Shown here one piece after another: positions 27,393-36,401 of a stretch of 51,197 bases of DNA. Numbering within the stretch: position 1 is the stretch's first letter; every line of letters starts with the position of its first letter. Source of the stretch: Betaproteobacteria bacterium (GTDB lineage Bacteria > Pseudomonadota > Gammaproteobacteria > Burkholderiales > Rhodocyclaceae); assembly GCA_020047725.1 (NCBI GenBank), contig JAIFNM010000047.1, positions 1-51,197 on the forward strand. The letters run 5' to 3'. The notes below the pieces were generated by a model that was given only the letters and a program-made list of their open reading frames with translations, was not told the DNA's origin and searched no databases. A program made the translations under genes and the position numbers.

Positions 27393-28841
27393 ATGGCAAA
27401 TACAGATACAACAATCAAGGATGCTAAACTCGAGGAAAGCGGGAGAACAGATCTAGGAGACAAGCTGGCTGAGGGGTTTCCCAACGGCTTTGTGATCCTA
27501 TTTTTTATTTTGGCGCTGGTCGCCGTTTCGACCTATTTCATTCCGGCAGGCGAATTCGACAAGATATCGATAGCCGGAAAGATGGTCACAAAGGCGGGAA
27601 GCTACCACAACATCGCGCCATCCCCGGTCGGTTTTATGCAATTTTTCGCGGCCATTCCAAACGGAATGCTGGCAGCCTCGGCACTCATCTTCATGATCAT
27701 CCTAATCGGCGGTTCCATCCGTGTATTTGACAGCACCGGGGCAATCAAGAGCGCTCTGGGAAGCCTGATCAATGTCTTCGGAAAAGAAAAGAGTTCATGG
27801 GTTCTCGTGTGCATCATCATCTTTTTCGCGTTGATCGGTGCGTTCCCCTCGATGTTCGAAGCAACCATCCCATTCGCCCCGATATGCCTGGCAATAGCAC
27901 TCGCACTCGGATATGACGCAATTGTTGGCGTATCTATCGGCCTGATCGGTGTCGTGATCGGCTGGACGGCAGGCCCGACCAATCCATGGACAGTAGGAAT
28001 CGGCCAGTCAATTGCTCAATTGCCGATGTTTTCGGGAATTGTATTGCGGCTGATTCTTCTCGTGACATTGATAGTGATTTCTTCGATCTATATCTTGAAA
28101 TACGCAAATGATGTCAAGAGTGGGAAAAGAAAGAGCCTGGTCGAGAATATTGACATCAGCGAACATGACACCTATTCCCTGGAATCCATCGCGCCGTTCA
28201 GTTTCCGCCACAAGCTGATTCTTGCAACGCTTGCCGCAACCATCGGCATGATCCTTTACGGAACCTATAACTGGCAATGGGGCCTGATACAAATGTCTGC
28301 CATGTACATCATTGGTGGAATTGCCGGAGGCCTCATTGCTGGATACAACGGCGGCAAAATCGCCGACGAATTCATTGAAGGCGGGAAAGACATCCTGATG
28401 GCAGCCATGGCTGTCGGACTTGCCAGATCAATTCAGGTGATCATGGAAAGCGCCCATATCGCCGACACGCTGGTTTATTACTTCTCGATACCCTTGCAGG
28501 CACTGCCTGCGTCGGTATCGGCAATCGGAATGTTCATCGTCCAATCGATCCTGAACTTCTTCATTCCGTCCGGTAGTGGTCTCGCAATGGTGACGATGCC
28601 GATCATGATACCGCTTGCCGATGTCCTGAATATTCAACGCCAAGTCGCAATTCTTGCGTTCCAGTTCGGTGATGGTCTCTCGAATCTCTGCTATCCGACG
28701 ACCGCGGTCACCATCGCATTCCTCGCGATTGGCAAAATTCCGTTTGGCAAATGGCTGAAATTTGTCATGCCCTTCCTGCTGATCATGTGGTCAGTAGCTG
28801 CAATCTTCCTGGCCGTGGCAACCGCCTTGAACTGGAACTAA
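27393..28841 (+). CDS. YfcC family (DcuC-like/basic amino acid antiporter) membrane transporter
   Basis: TYFIPAGEF, TNPWTVGIGQSIAQLPMFSG, NFFIPSGSGLA..TMPIM.PLAD, AFQFGDG.SN..PT. Confidence 0.9.
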   Translation: MANTDTTIKDAKLEESGRTDLGDKLAEGFPNGFVILFFILALVAVSTYFIPAGEFDKISIAGKMVTKAGSYHNIAPSPVGFMQFFAAIPNGMLAASALIFMIILIGGSIRVFDSTGAIKSALGSLINVFGKEKSSWVLVCIIIFFALIGAFPSMFEATIPFAPICLAIALALGYDAIVGVSIGLIGVVIGWTAGPTNPWTVGIGQSIAQLPMFSGIVLRLILLVTLIVISSIYILKYANDVKSGKRKSLVENIDISEHDTYSLESIAPFSFRHKLILATLAATIGMILYGTYNWQWGLIQMSAMYIIGGIAGGLIAGYNGGKIADEFIEGGKDILMAAMAVGLARSIQVIMESAHIADTLVYYFSIPLQALPASVSAIGMFIVQSILNFFIPSGSGLAMVTMPIMIPLADVLNIQRQVAILAFQFGDGLSNLCYPTTAVTIAFLAIGKIPFGKWLKFVMPFLLIMWSVAAIFLAVATALNWN

Positions 28842-28996
28842 CAGGCGAAGGTGATTGGAATTTCCATTTTTTAATACATGGGTCGCTAACGAAAACCCAG
28901 CCATCGCCAGAGCGTTCGCACAAAGTATTCGGACAAGGACGCTCCTGGCGAGTGGCGTGGCAGAAAACGAGTTGCTGAATGTCCGCCATCCCATTT

Positions 28997-29881
28997 TCAA
29001 ATTTCTAAAGACTCCAATATTGAGATGAACTCCAGCGCCAAGCGTGATAGCGGTTCCAGCTGAACGCTAAAGACGTTAACCGGCGCGCAAGTCACCGGGG
29101 TTAGCGGCACCACTTCCAAGTCAACGCACCCGAGGCCCTTGCTGGTGATTTCATCAATAAGCGCTATGCCGACACCAGCGCGAACCATGGCGCAGGCAAC
29201 GTGAGTCTGCTGTACCTCTATCCGAGGTATTGGAGGATGCTTCTCCTCTCCGAAAAGCTGGTGAACCAGTTGACCGATGGGGATGTCATTGCCATAACCA
29301 ATCAACGGCTCGTTAATCAGATCGTCGATTTTGACTTCTTGTTGCTCAGCAAGACGGTGACGGGGTGGCAACAGCACCACGATTGGATTCCTGTAAAGCG
29401 GTCGAACTTCCAGACTCGGATGTCCAACAGGCATGTAAGTTACGCCCAACTCAACCTGACGCGTCAGCAAACTCTGCAGCAGAATGGAAGGAATCAATGT
29501 ATGGAGCACAATTCGCACTTCGGGATGCCGTTGACAAAAGAGCGCAATGGCCTGCGGCATTAATGATTGCCCGAGATTCGGACTGCTGGCTAGGCGCAAT
29601 TGACCGATACGGTTTTCCGCCAGTCCATCTGCAATCTCGTTGACGCGTTGCACACCCTGGTATACGACACCGACTTCCTCGAACAAGCGGCGCGCTTCCG
29701 GTGTCGGATAAAGGCGCCCCTTCATCCGGTTGAACAGCAGGAAACCCAAACGCTGCTCGGTGTATGAAATGAGCCGACTGACTGCTGGTTGAGAAACATA
29801 AAGAAGCTTGGAGGCGCCACTAATCGTACCGCTCAGCATGATGGCCCTGAAAACTTCTATCTGGCGCAAATTCAGCTTCAT
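28997..29881 (-). CDS. LysR family transcriptional regulator (probable cluster regulator)
   Basis: MKLNLRQIEVFRAIM..GTISGASKLLYVSQPAVSRLI HTH; divergent from the amidohydrolase genes. Confidence 0.93.
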   Translation of the reverse strand: MKLNLRQIEVFRAIMLSGTISGASKLLYVSQPAVSRLISYTEQRLGFLLFNRMKGRLYPTPEARRLFEEVGVVYQGVQRVNEIADGLAENRIGQLRLASSPNLGQSLMPQAIALFCQRHPEVRIVLHTLIPSILLQSLLTRQVELGVTYMPVGHPSLEVRPLYRNPIVVLLPPRHRLAEQQEVKIDDLINEPLIGYGNDIPIGQLVHQLFGEEKHPPIPRIEVQQTHVACAMVRAGVGIALIDEITSKGLGCVDLEVVPLTPVTCAPVNVFSVQLEPLSRLALEFISILESLEI

Positions 29882-29898
29882 GGCAGCCCCTTTATCGT

Positions 29899-29915
29899 TA
29901 TAACTTTATGTTAAT
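29899..29915. promoter_or_regulatory. Imperfect LysR-type box in the lysR/amidohydrolase divergent region
   Basis: TATAAC-TTTAT-GTTAAT, 18 bp upstream of the lysR start. Confidence 0.5.
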
Positions 29916-30006
29916 CGTATCGCACGAATTAGCATAAGGCATTTTCGGCCCAAGCAATCTAAACTTGTTTGCATTGAATCATGGCACGAACAATGGAGAT
30001 GCCGAA

Positions 30007-31374
30007 ATGGGCGATTTCGATTTAGTTGTTTCCGGCAATATCGTTGACGCGAATACCATCGCAACTGACGGCTGGCTCGGGGTAATTGACGGCAAAGTTG
30101 CCGCGCGCGGCGTCGGCACGCCGCCATCGGCGAACGACACCGTCGACGCAACCGGACGCTGGGTCATCCCTGGCGTTGTTGACGGTCAGGTTCATTCCGG
30201 AAGCCAGGCCGGACAGGAGGGACTTGGCTGGGCTTCCCGCGCTGCTGCTGCAGGTGGTGTCACCGTGATGGTCGACATGCCTTACGACGAACCCGAACCT
30301 GTGGCTTCGCGCACTCAACTCGACATCAAGATTGCCGAAGTTGCGCTAGATTGCCATGTCGACGTAGCGCTTTTCGGCACGGTTAACGAGAAACACGGCC
30401 TGAAGGAAATCGCCGGCCTGATAGAGGGGGGGGTCTGCGCGTTCAAGTTCTCAACCTTCGAGGCCATGCCCATTCGTTTTCCTCGGGTGGAAGAAGACGA
30501 TCTGTATGAGGCCTTTCGTCTGATAAAGCCATCCGGCTTGGCCTGTGGAGTACACAATCAGATGCAGGAATTAACACGAAAGAACATCAAACGCCTGCTC
30601 GAAAGCGACGACACAGGCTGGGATGCGTTCTTCCGTGCTCACCCCCCTTTGATCGAGAATCTGGCCACAGCCCTGATCTATGAGATCGGCGCTGAAACTG
30701 GGGCGCGGGCGCATGCGGTTCACGTTTCGACTTCACGCGGTTTTGAAATCTGCAACATGTACCGCCGAGCAGGACATCGCAGCACAATTGAAACATGCGT
30801 CCACTACCTCATGCTCAATCATGAAGAACACAGCAGGAGGTTCGGCGCGAAAACAAAATGGTACCCACCGCTCCGTCCGAAATCTGAAGTTGACCGACTA
30901 TGGACTCACATCGTTAACGACGAGTGCACGTTTGTTTCATCGGACCATGTCAGTTGGGGATTGGAGCGAAAGCAGAACCCCAATATCTTCAAGAACTCTT
31001 CCGGGGGGCCTGGCCTTGAAACCCTGTTGCCCGCCTTCTGGACCGGTTGCGAGGAACATGGCATTCCACCCGCCATGGTTGTTCGTCAGCTGTGCCGCAA
31101 TCCGGCGCGGCACTTCCTCCTGGATGACCGAAAGGGCTCACTGGCGGTGGGAGCCGATGCCGATATCGTGATTCTTTCCCCGGAACGTTATACTTTTGAC
31201 CCGTCTCGAAGCCTTTCTGCCGTCCAGTGGAGCTCATTCGAAGGGCGTGAAATGACGGTCAGGGTTGCCGCAACGTACTGCCGCGGGCAACTGGTATTTG
31301 ATGGTCAGAATATTGTCAACGCCAAGGGGCACGGAACGTTTCTGCGTCCTCATGATATTCGTCTCGCCCTCTGA
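30007..31374 (+). CDS. Dihydroorotase/allantoinase-family cyclic amidohydrolase; probable hydantoin-5-propionate amidohydrolase (ErtD-like)
   Basis: PGVVDGQVH, AAAGGVTVMVDMP, AFKFS, ETCVHYL, SSDH, KGSLAVGADADIV; RBS GGAG before the ATG at 30007. Confidence 0.88.
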   Translation: MGDFDLVVSGNIVDANTIATDGWLGVIDGKVAARGVGTPPSANDTVDATGRWVIPGVVDGQVHSGSQAGQEGLGWASRAAAAGGVTVMVDMPYDEPEPVASRTQLDIKIAEVALDCHVDVALFGTVNEKHGLKEIAGLIEGGVCAFKFSTFEAMPIRFPRVEEDDLYEAFRLIKPSGLACGVHNQMQELTRKNIKRLLESDDTGWDAFFRAHPPLIENLATALIYEIGAETGARAHAVHVSTSRGFEICNMYRRAGHRSTIETCVHYLMLNHEEHSRRFGAKTKWYPPLRPKSEVDRLWTHIVNDECTFVSSDHVSWGLERKQNPNIFKNSSGGPGLETLLPAFWTGCEEHGIPPAMVVRQLCRNPARHFLLDDRKGSLAVGADADIVILSPERYTFDPSRSLSAVQWSSFEGREMTVRVAATYCRGQLVFDGQNIVNAKGHGTFLRPHDIRLAL

Positions 31375-31399
31375 ACAGGGCTAACTGCGGGGGCATCGA

Positions 31400-32671
31400 A
31401 TGACCAATATCACTTTCCCGCCACTTAACGCTCAACGCTTGTGGTCCAGGGTTGAAACACTTTCTCGAATAACAGTCCCCGACAGCCCGTGGACGCGTAG
31501 AGCATTTTCGCCACAATTCGTGGAGTCGCGTCTTTGGCTCACTGAACAATTCCGTTCTGCAGGAATGGAGGTAATCCTAGACGACGGCGGCAATCTGGTT
31601 GGACGCCTTCCAGCACGCACTGGCGCTGCTGTTCGCCATCCAATAATTACCGGGTCACATTGCGACACAGTAACGATGGGAGGCCGTTTCGACGGCATCA
31701 TCGGTGTTCTGGCCGGCATCGAGATTGCACATACGATGCACGAAAACGGCATGGCGTTTGATCATCCATTCGAAGTGATCGACTTTCTCTCGGAAGAGCC
31801 AAGCGATTACGGGATATCTTGTGTGGGCAGCCGGGCGCTTTCTGGTCTATTGAGTGACGAAATGCTTGCGGCCCGCAATCCCACAGGCGAAGCACTTGCT
31901 GCGGCCATACACCGGATTGGTGGCAACCCTGACGCTCTCAACAGGCCGCTCCGTCTTCCCGGCACGACTGCCGCCTTCATTGAGCTGCACATTGAGCAAG
32001 GCCCGGTCTTGGAAAACAAGGGAATACCAATTGGTATTGTCACCAACATTGTTGGCATCCGTCGCGTATCAATCGTCGTCAATGGTCAACCTGACCACGC
32101 AGGTACGACTCCGATGGATGTGCGCAAAGATGCGCTAGTCGGCGCGGCGCGGATCATCGACACGGCCAATACGTTAGCCACCGGGATGTCCGGCAAGCCT
32201 CACTATGTCGTAGCGACGGTTGGTCGCCTGTCACTCACACCCAATGCCTCGAACGCTGTTCCTGGAACAGTTGAAATGACTATGGAAGTTCGAAGCGATA
32301 GCGCGGAGATCTTGGACACTTTCCCTGAACTGTTATTGGCTCAGGTCTCCAGTGACATGACAGAATTGCGCGTTAGCGTGACGATGCATTCAGTTAGCCA
32401 CTCTAAGCCTACCAACTGTTCAGAATTCGTCATGTCGGCCATTGAAGAGGCGGCCACCATGCTTGACTACCCCCACATACGTATGCCCAGCGGGGCCGGT
32501 CATGATGCAGTTTATGTCGCCCCGACTGGTCCGATTGGGATGATTTTTATTCCCTGCCGGAATGGGCGCAGCCATTGTCCCGAAGAATGGATTGAACCAG
32601 CGCAATTACTGGATGGTGCTCGTGTTCTGTATCAGGCAATCGTGACTCTAGATGGCCACGGTCAGCCATAG
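31400..32671 (+). CDS. M20 Zn-dependent N-carbamoyl-L-amino-acid amidohydrolase; probable N-carbamoylglutamate hydrolase (ErtE-like)
   Basis: GSHCDTV, GRFDG, SEEP, ELHIEQGP, HAGTTPM, GAGHDA, SHCPEE. Confidence 0.9.
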   Translation: MTNITFPPLNAQRLWSRVETLSRITVPDSPWTRRAFSPQFVESRLWLTEQFRSAGMEVILDDGGNLVGRLPARTGAAVRHPIITGSHCDTVTMGGRFDGIIGVLAGIEIAHTMHENGMAFDHPFEVIDFLSEEPSDYGISCVGSRALSGLLSDEMLAARNPTGEALAAAIHRIGGNPDALNRPLRLPGTTAAFIELHIEQGPVLENKGIPIGIVTNIVGIRRVSIVVNGQPDHAGTTPMDVRKDALVGAARIIDTANTLATGMSGKPHYVVATVGRLSLTPNASNAVPGTVEMTMEVRSDSAEILDTFPELLLAQVSSDMTELRVSVTMHSVSHSKPTNCSEFVMSAIEEAATMLDYPHIRMPSGAGHDAVYVAPTGPIGMIFIPCRNGRSHCPEEWIEPAQLLDGARVLYQAIVTLDGHGQP

Positions 32672-32934
32672 TCTATTGAGGTTCCCTCGGTTTTTCGTCT
32701 GCCAAAGAGCGGATTTCATCCTACCAGTTTTTCCTGCTGTTGCTCAGTGAGCCAAGGACTCCGGAGTCATAACAACGCGCCCGTTGGCCATGCACCAGAC
32801 CAATCCAGTCGTGTTTGGCTGTATTCCTTTGGCATAATTGCAACTTGCCATCATTACCTAATCCAGTTTTACGATCGAAGTGACGGAGCGACAGTAAAGC
32901 GACGAGGTGCGGTCGCCCAAGTAGCGAGCCCTGA

Positions 32935-33662
32935 ATGGCCGTTCAGACCAAATTCCGGTCGTTGGCCGACTTTTTCTTGCAGACGTTTTTCCAGGCAGTC
33001 AATTTGTGTGCTCAGGGTCATAATCACGGCCAGATTGCTCTGGACTGCCAGCCCGACATCTTCCGGCAGCCCCATCTGATCAACAGTGTCTGCGGTCAGG
33101 TTCTTGATCTGGTTGGCTGGTGATCTTTACGCCTTGCTGACGCGCCATGATGTTTTCAATGGCCAGGATGTGGCACGTGCGGCTGCGCACCAGTTGCATG
33201 CGCTTCCTGGCCAGATCGCGTAGTGCGCGCTGCTCCGGTGGCAGAATCGTGCCAGTGGGCAGAATGCCCAACCGCAATAGATGCGCCAGATGACGTGCAT
33301 CGGCTTCGTCGCCACTGTGCTTGAGACCGTCGTAGGGCTTGATGGCCCCCGTGTTGGCCAACTTCACGTCGAACCCCGATGCCTGCAGGCCATCAACCAG
33401 CCAGTACCAGTTGTAGGTCGATTCAATAACGACTCCGGCCAAGGTCGCTCGCCACGGTATCAGAAACGCTAGAATCTTCGCCAGATCGTTGGGCAATCGT
33501 TTCGCAGCCACAACACGATCCTCTTCGTCGGTCACCACGACAACACTGTTGTTCGAATGCAGGTCGATTCCGCAATAGTTCATCTTGGCCTCTTGTGGTT
33601 AAAGCAAGTTTGCAAACCCCACTTTAGCCCCACCGCCTCCTCGGCGGTGGGAGACCGGCTAG
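32935..33662 (-). mobile_element. IS110 family element remnant (5' non-coding end plus frameshifted, truncated transposase starting at 33583)
   Basis: MNYCGIDLHSNNS, VIESTYNWYWLVDGL, DEADARHLAHLLRLG, LRDLARKR (DEDD); frameshift near 33115, continues QMGLPEDVGLAV..EFGL and then ends. Confidence 0.85.
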
Positions 33663-34135
33663 ATGATTTTCAGCCACAAAAGCGGCTTGGTGGTCAGTGC
33701 CCGTACCCTCCCAGGGAATCCCTACGACGGTCATCTGCTCAATGTGCAACTGGAGCAGACGGCGATCCTGCTTGAAGACGTGGGACGTACGCCGAAGCAA
33801 GTTGTGGTCGATCTCGGCTTTCGGGGCGTCGATGCGGACAATCCGACGGTGAAAATCATCCACGGTGGAAAATTCAAGTCGCCGATGAAACCACAACGAC
33901 GCTGGCTCAAACGTCGGCAAGCCGTCTAACCGGCGATTGGACGCCTGAAGTCAGATCACCGCATGGATCGCTGCTGGTTGATGGGTTCTCTCGGCGACGC
34001 GCTCCATGCCGTTCTTTGTGCGACTGGCTACACAACCTGCCTTGGCTCATGCGGGCGATGCTTCGTCTCGGCCTAACCATCACAGCTTCTTCGTCGCTTG
34101 TCGAGCGCATTACGCAGAGTTGACTCATTTTGACA
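33663..34135 (+). mobile_element. IS5 family transposase C-terminal remnant
   Basis: ARTLPGNPYDGH.L..QLEQ, VDLGFRG, RRQAV*PAIGRLKSDHRMDRCWL.G..GDALHAVLCA.GY (in-frame stop at 33929). Confidence 0.85.
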
Positions 34136-34324
34136 TATTGCATAATGCCCAACAAATCGACAGGTTGACAAATTACCTACGCCGTGCGCGTACAGAGCCA
34201 TTAACTTATTGTAAATAATGCAAATATCTCGAATCGGGTCACTGGCAAACAAGGCCAGCATCGGGATTGCTCGCTAACCAAGTTGGTGACAATCTAAATG
34301 GTTCGCTCCTCAGGATCGTCCATA

Positions 34325-35176
34325 TCACGTTCCATCGTCTGCATCAAAGGGAAATTTGAGTAAAGCATATCTTGCGATTTCAAGTGAGGTCTTCATTTGA
34401 AGTTTCTTCTTTATGTTTCTTCGATGCGCAGAAACGGTTGTGACGGACAAGCCGAGTTCTAAGGCAATCTGTTTCGATGTTAGTCCGCGACTAATCAGGC
34501 GCAAGACGTGATCTTCTCTTCCCGAGAGTTTTTCCATGGTGATTGAACGTATTTTTCCGTCTGGAATGCTTGTTTCCGCAGAATAGTCTTTTGCCGATGG
34601 TCCACGCTTTACTATATTCTTGTTCAGGTTGCTTTGTTGGGCAGAATGTGACGAGGCATATCTGGATTTGAGTGTAAGCGTTTCTCTGCGAAACTCTTCA
34701 AGCCAGTTGGTATCGCTTAACAGAACTTGCATTCGCTTCGATAAGGATAATTCAAAGCGCTGCATCAGGCCGAATAACTCGGCTTCCTTATGCATGTACC
34801 AAGTTACGTCCGTAAGAATTCCATGCCAGAGAACAGAGCCATCTGATCGTCGCTCTGGGGATGCCTGAGCATGGATCCACTTCAGATTTCCGTTGGGCGT
34901 ACGAATACGATGCAAGTGAGCCCACTCGGCGCAATGCGTTACGGCTTGTTCAACCGAATGGAGATGCGATGGCCGATCTTCGGGAATAATGCACGAAGTC
35001 ATGACCTCGTGATCGCGAAGTACATCCTCTGCCGTAACTTCATAAAGCACCTCAATTCGCGGGCTAATATATGTAAACTGCCAGCATCCCGCAGATGTAA
35101 CAAGAAATTGATAGACAACACCAGGGATTCTGTCGGACAGTTCGGAAAAGATACCTGATTGATCATGTTGTGCCAT
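34325..35176 (-). CDS. PAS domain plus LuxR-type HTH transcriptional regulator
   Basis: IPGVVYQF..W.F.YISP PAS_3, KWIHAQA..WHGILTDVT; LSGREDHVLRLISRGLTSKQIALELGLSVTTVSAHRRNIKKKL. Confidence 0.9.
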   Translation of the reverse strand: MAQHDQSGIFSELSDRIPGVVYQFLVTSAGCWQFTYISPRIEVLYEVTAEDVLRDHEVMTSCIIPEDRPSHLHSVEQAVTHCAEWAHLHRIRTPNGNLKWIHAQASPERRSDGSVLWHGILTDVTWYMHKEAELFGLMQRFELSLSKRMQVLLSDTNWLEEFRRETLTLKSRYASSHSAQQSNLNKNIVKRGPSAKDYSAETSIPDGKIRSITMEKLSGREDHVLRLISRGLTSKQIALELGLSVTTVSAHRRNIKKKLQMKTSLEIARYALLKFPFDADDGT

Positions 35177-35264
35177 TTCTTGTAACTCCTTGAGACCTGA
35201 ATTCCGATTCAGGGTAAAGCTGCCAAATGCCTAGTCAATGGCGTACTCCAAGCCAATGCTGCGG

Positions 35265-36401
35265 TCACCGACGCCTATGTCTGCAATGTCCTTGAAACTG
35301 TAGGGAAACTTCGGCAAAACGTGAATGACTGTGTAGAAACACTTCGGTAAGTACGGGGTCGAAATGCTTTCCACATTCGGCACGGATGATGTCAACCGCC
35401 TGGGAATGGGTTACAGCCTGCTTGTAAATGCGTGGCGTAACCAGAGCGTCGTAAACGTCGGCCAGCGCCATCATGCGCGCTGGCAATGGGATTGCCTCGC
35501 CCGCTAGTCGATCAGGATATCCCGTACCATCCCAGCGCTCATGGTGCGAGCGGGCGATCTGCCCAGCAACGACAAGAAAAGCGAGTCCGGCGCTGTTGTC
35601 AGTCCGCGAGGAAGGGTCGATTTCCTGAACACGCTGTAACGCCATAGCAATGGCATCTCCACCGATGCGGCTGTGTGTCTGGATGATGGCGTATTCCTCG
35701 GCCGTCAATCTGTCTGGTTTCTGCAGTATGCGATCAGGGATTCCCACCTTGCCAATGTCGTGCAATGGTGCGGCCCGAACGATATTTCGAGCCAGATCGT
35801 CATCAATCAGCCCGGCATGATTTGGAATCCGGCGGAATTCCTTGGCGAGTTCGCTAATATAAGTCTGTGTGCGGTAGAGGTGGGCTCCCGTGTCGGTGTC
35901 CCGAAGTTCGGCGAGGCCGGCCAGAATGTGCAGGCTGACGTCCTGAATTACCTCGTTGTCGTGCATGCGCTGACTGATTTCAGTACTAAGTTGGGCGTTG
36001 TGATCCTGGAGCAGATCGCGCGCCCGGCGGTTTTCCAACTGGATCTGCACGCGGGCCTGAAGGATAGCTGGCCGAACCGGCTTGGTTATGTAATCGGCGG
36101 CGCCGATTTTCAGGCCGTGCTCCTGATCGATATCGGCATCATTTCCAGTAACAAAGATTACCGGAATGTCACGCGTTGCAGCGTCTTGGTGTAGGTGACC
36201 CAGTACTTCGTATCCATCCATTCCTGGCATGGTCACGTCAAGCAAGATCAGATCTGGTTGGGGGGCACAAACCGCGAGTTGCAGCGCTCGCTCGCCGGTT
36301 GTTGCGACCAACACCCGGTAGCGTGATTCGAGTGAATCGCTCAACACGGCGAGGTTTTCTGGTTGATCGTCGACGATCAATAACGTGATGATTGACTTCA
36401 A
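35265..36401 (-). CDS. Response regulator with HD-GYP cyclic di-GMP phosphodiesterase domain (RpfG-like)
   Basis: REC ([17 protein letters not shown]); [24 protein letters not shown]. Confidence 0.93.
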   Translation of the reverse strand: MKSIITLLIVDDQPENLAVLSDSLESRYRVLVATTGERALQLAVCAPQPDLILLDVTMPGMDGYEVLGHLHQDAATRDIPVIFVTGNDADIDQEHGLKIGAADYITKPVRPAILQARVQIQLENRRARDLLQDHNAQLSTEISQRMHDNEVIQDVSLHILAGLAELRDTDTGAHLYRTQTYISELAKEFRRIPNHAGLIDDDLARNIVRAAPLHDIGKVGIPDRILQKPDRLTAEEYAIIQTHSRIGGDAIAMALQRVQEIDPSSRTDNSAGLAFLVVAGQIARSHHERWDGTGYPDRLAGEAIPLPARMMALADVYDALVTPRIYKQAVTHSQAVDIIRAECGKHFDPVLTEVFLHSHSRFAEVSLQFQGHCRHRRR

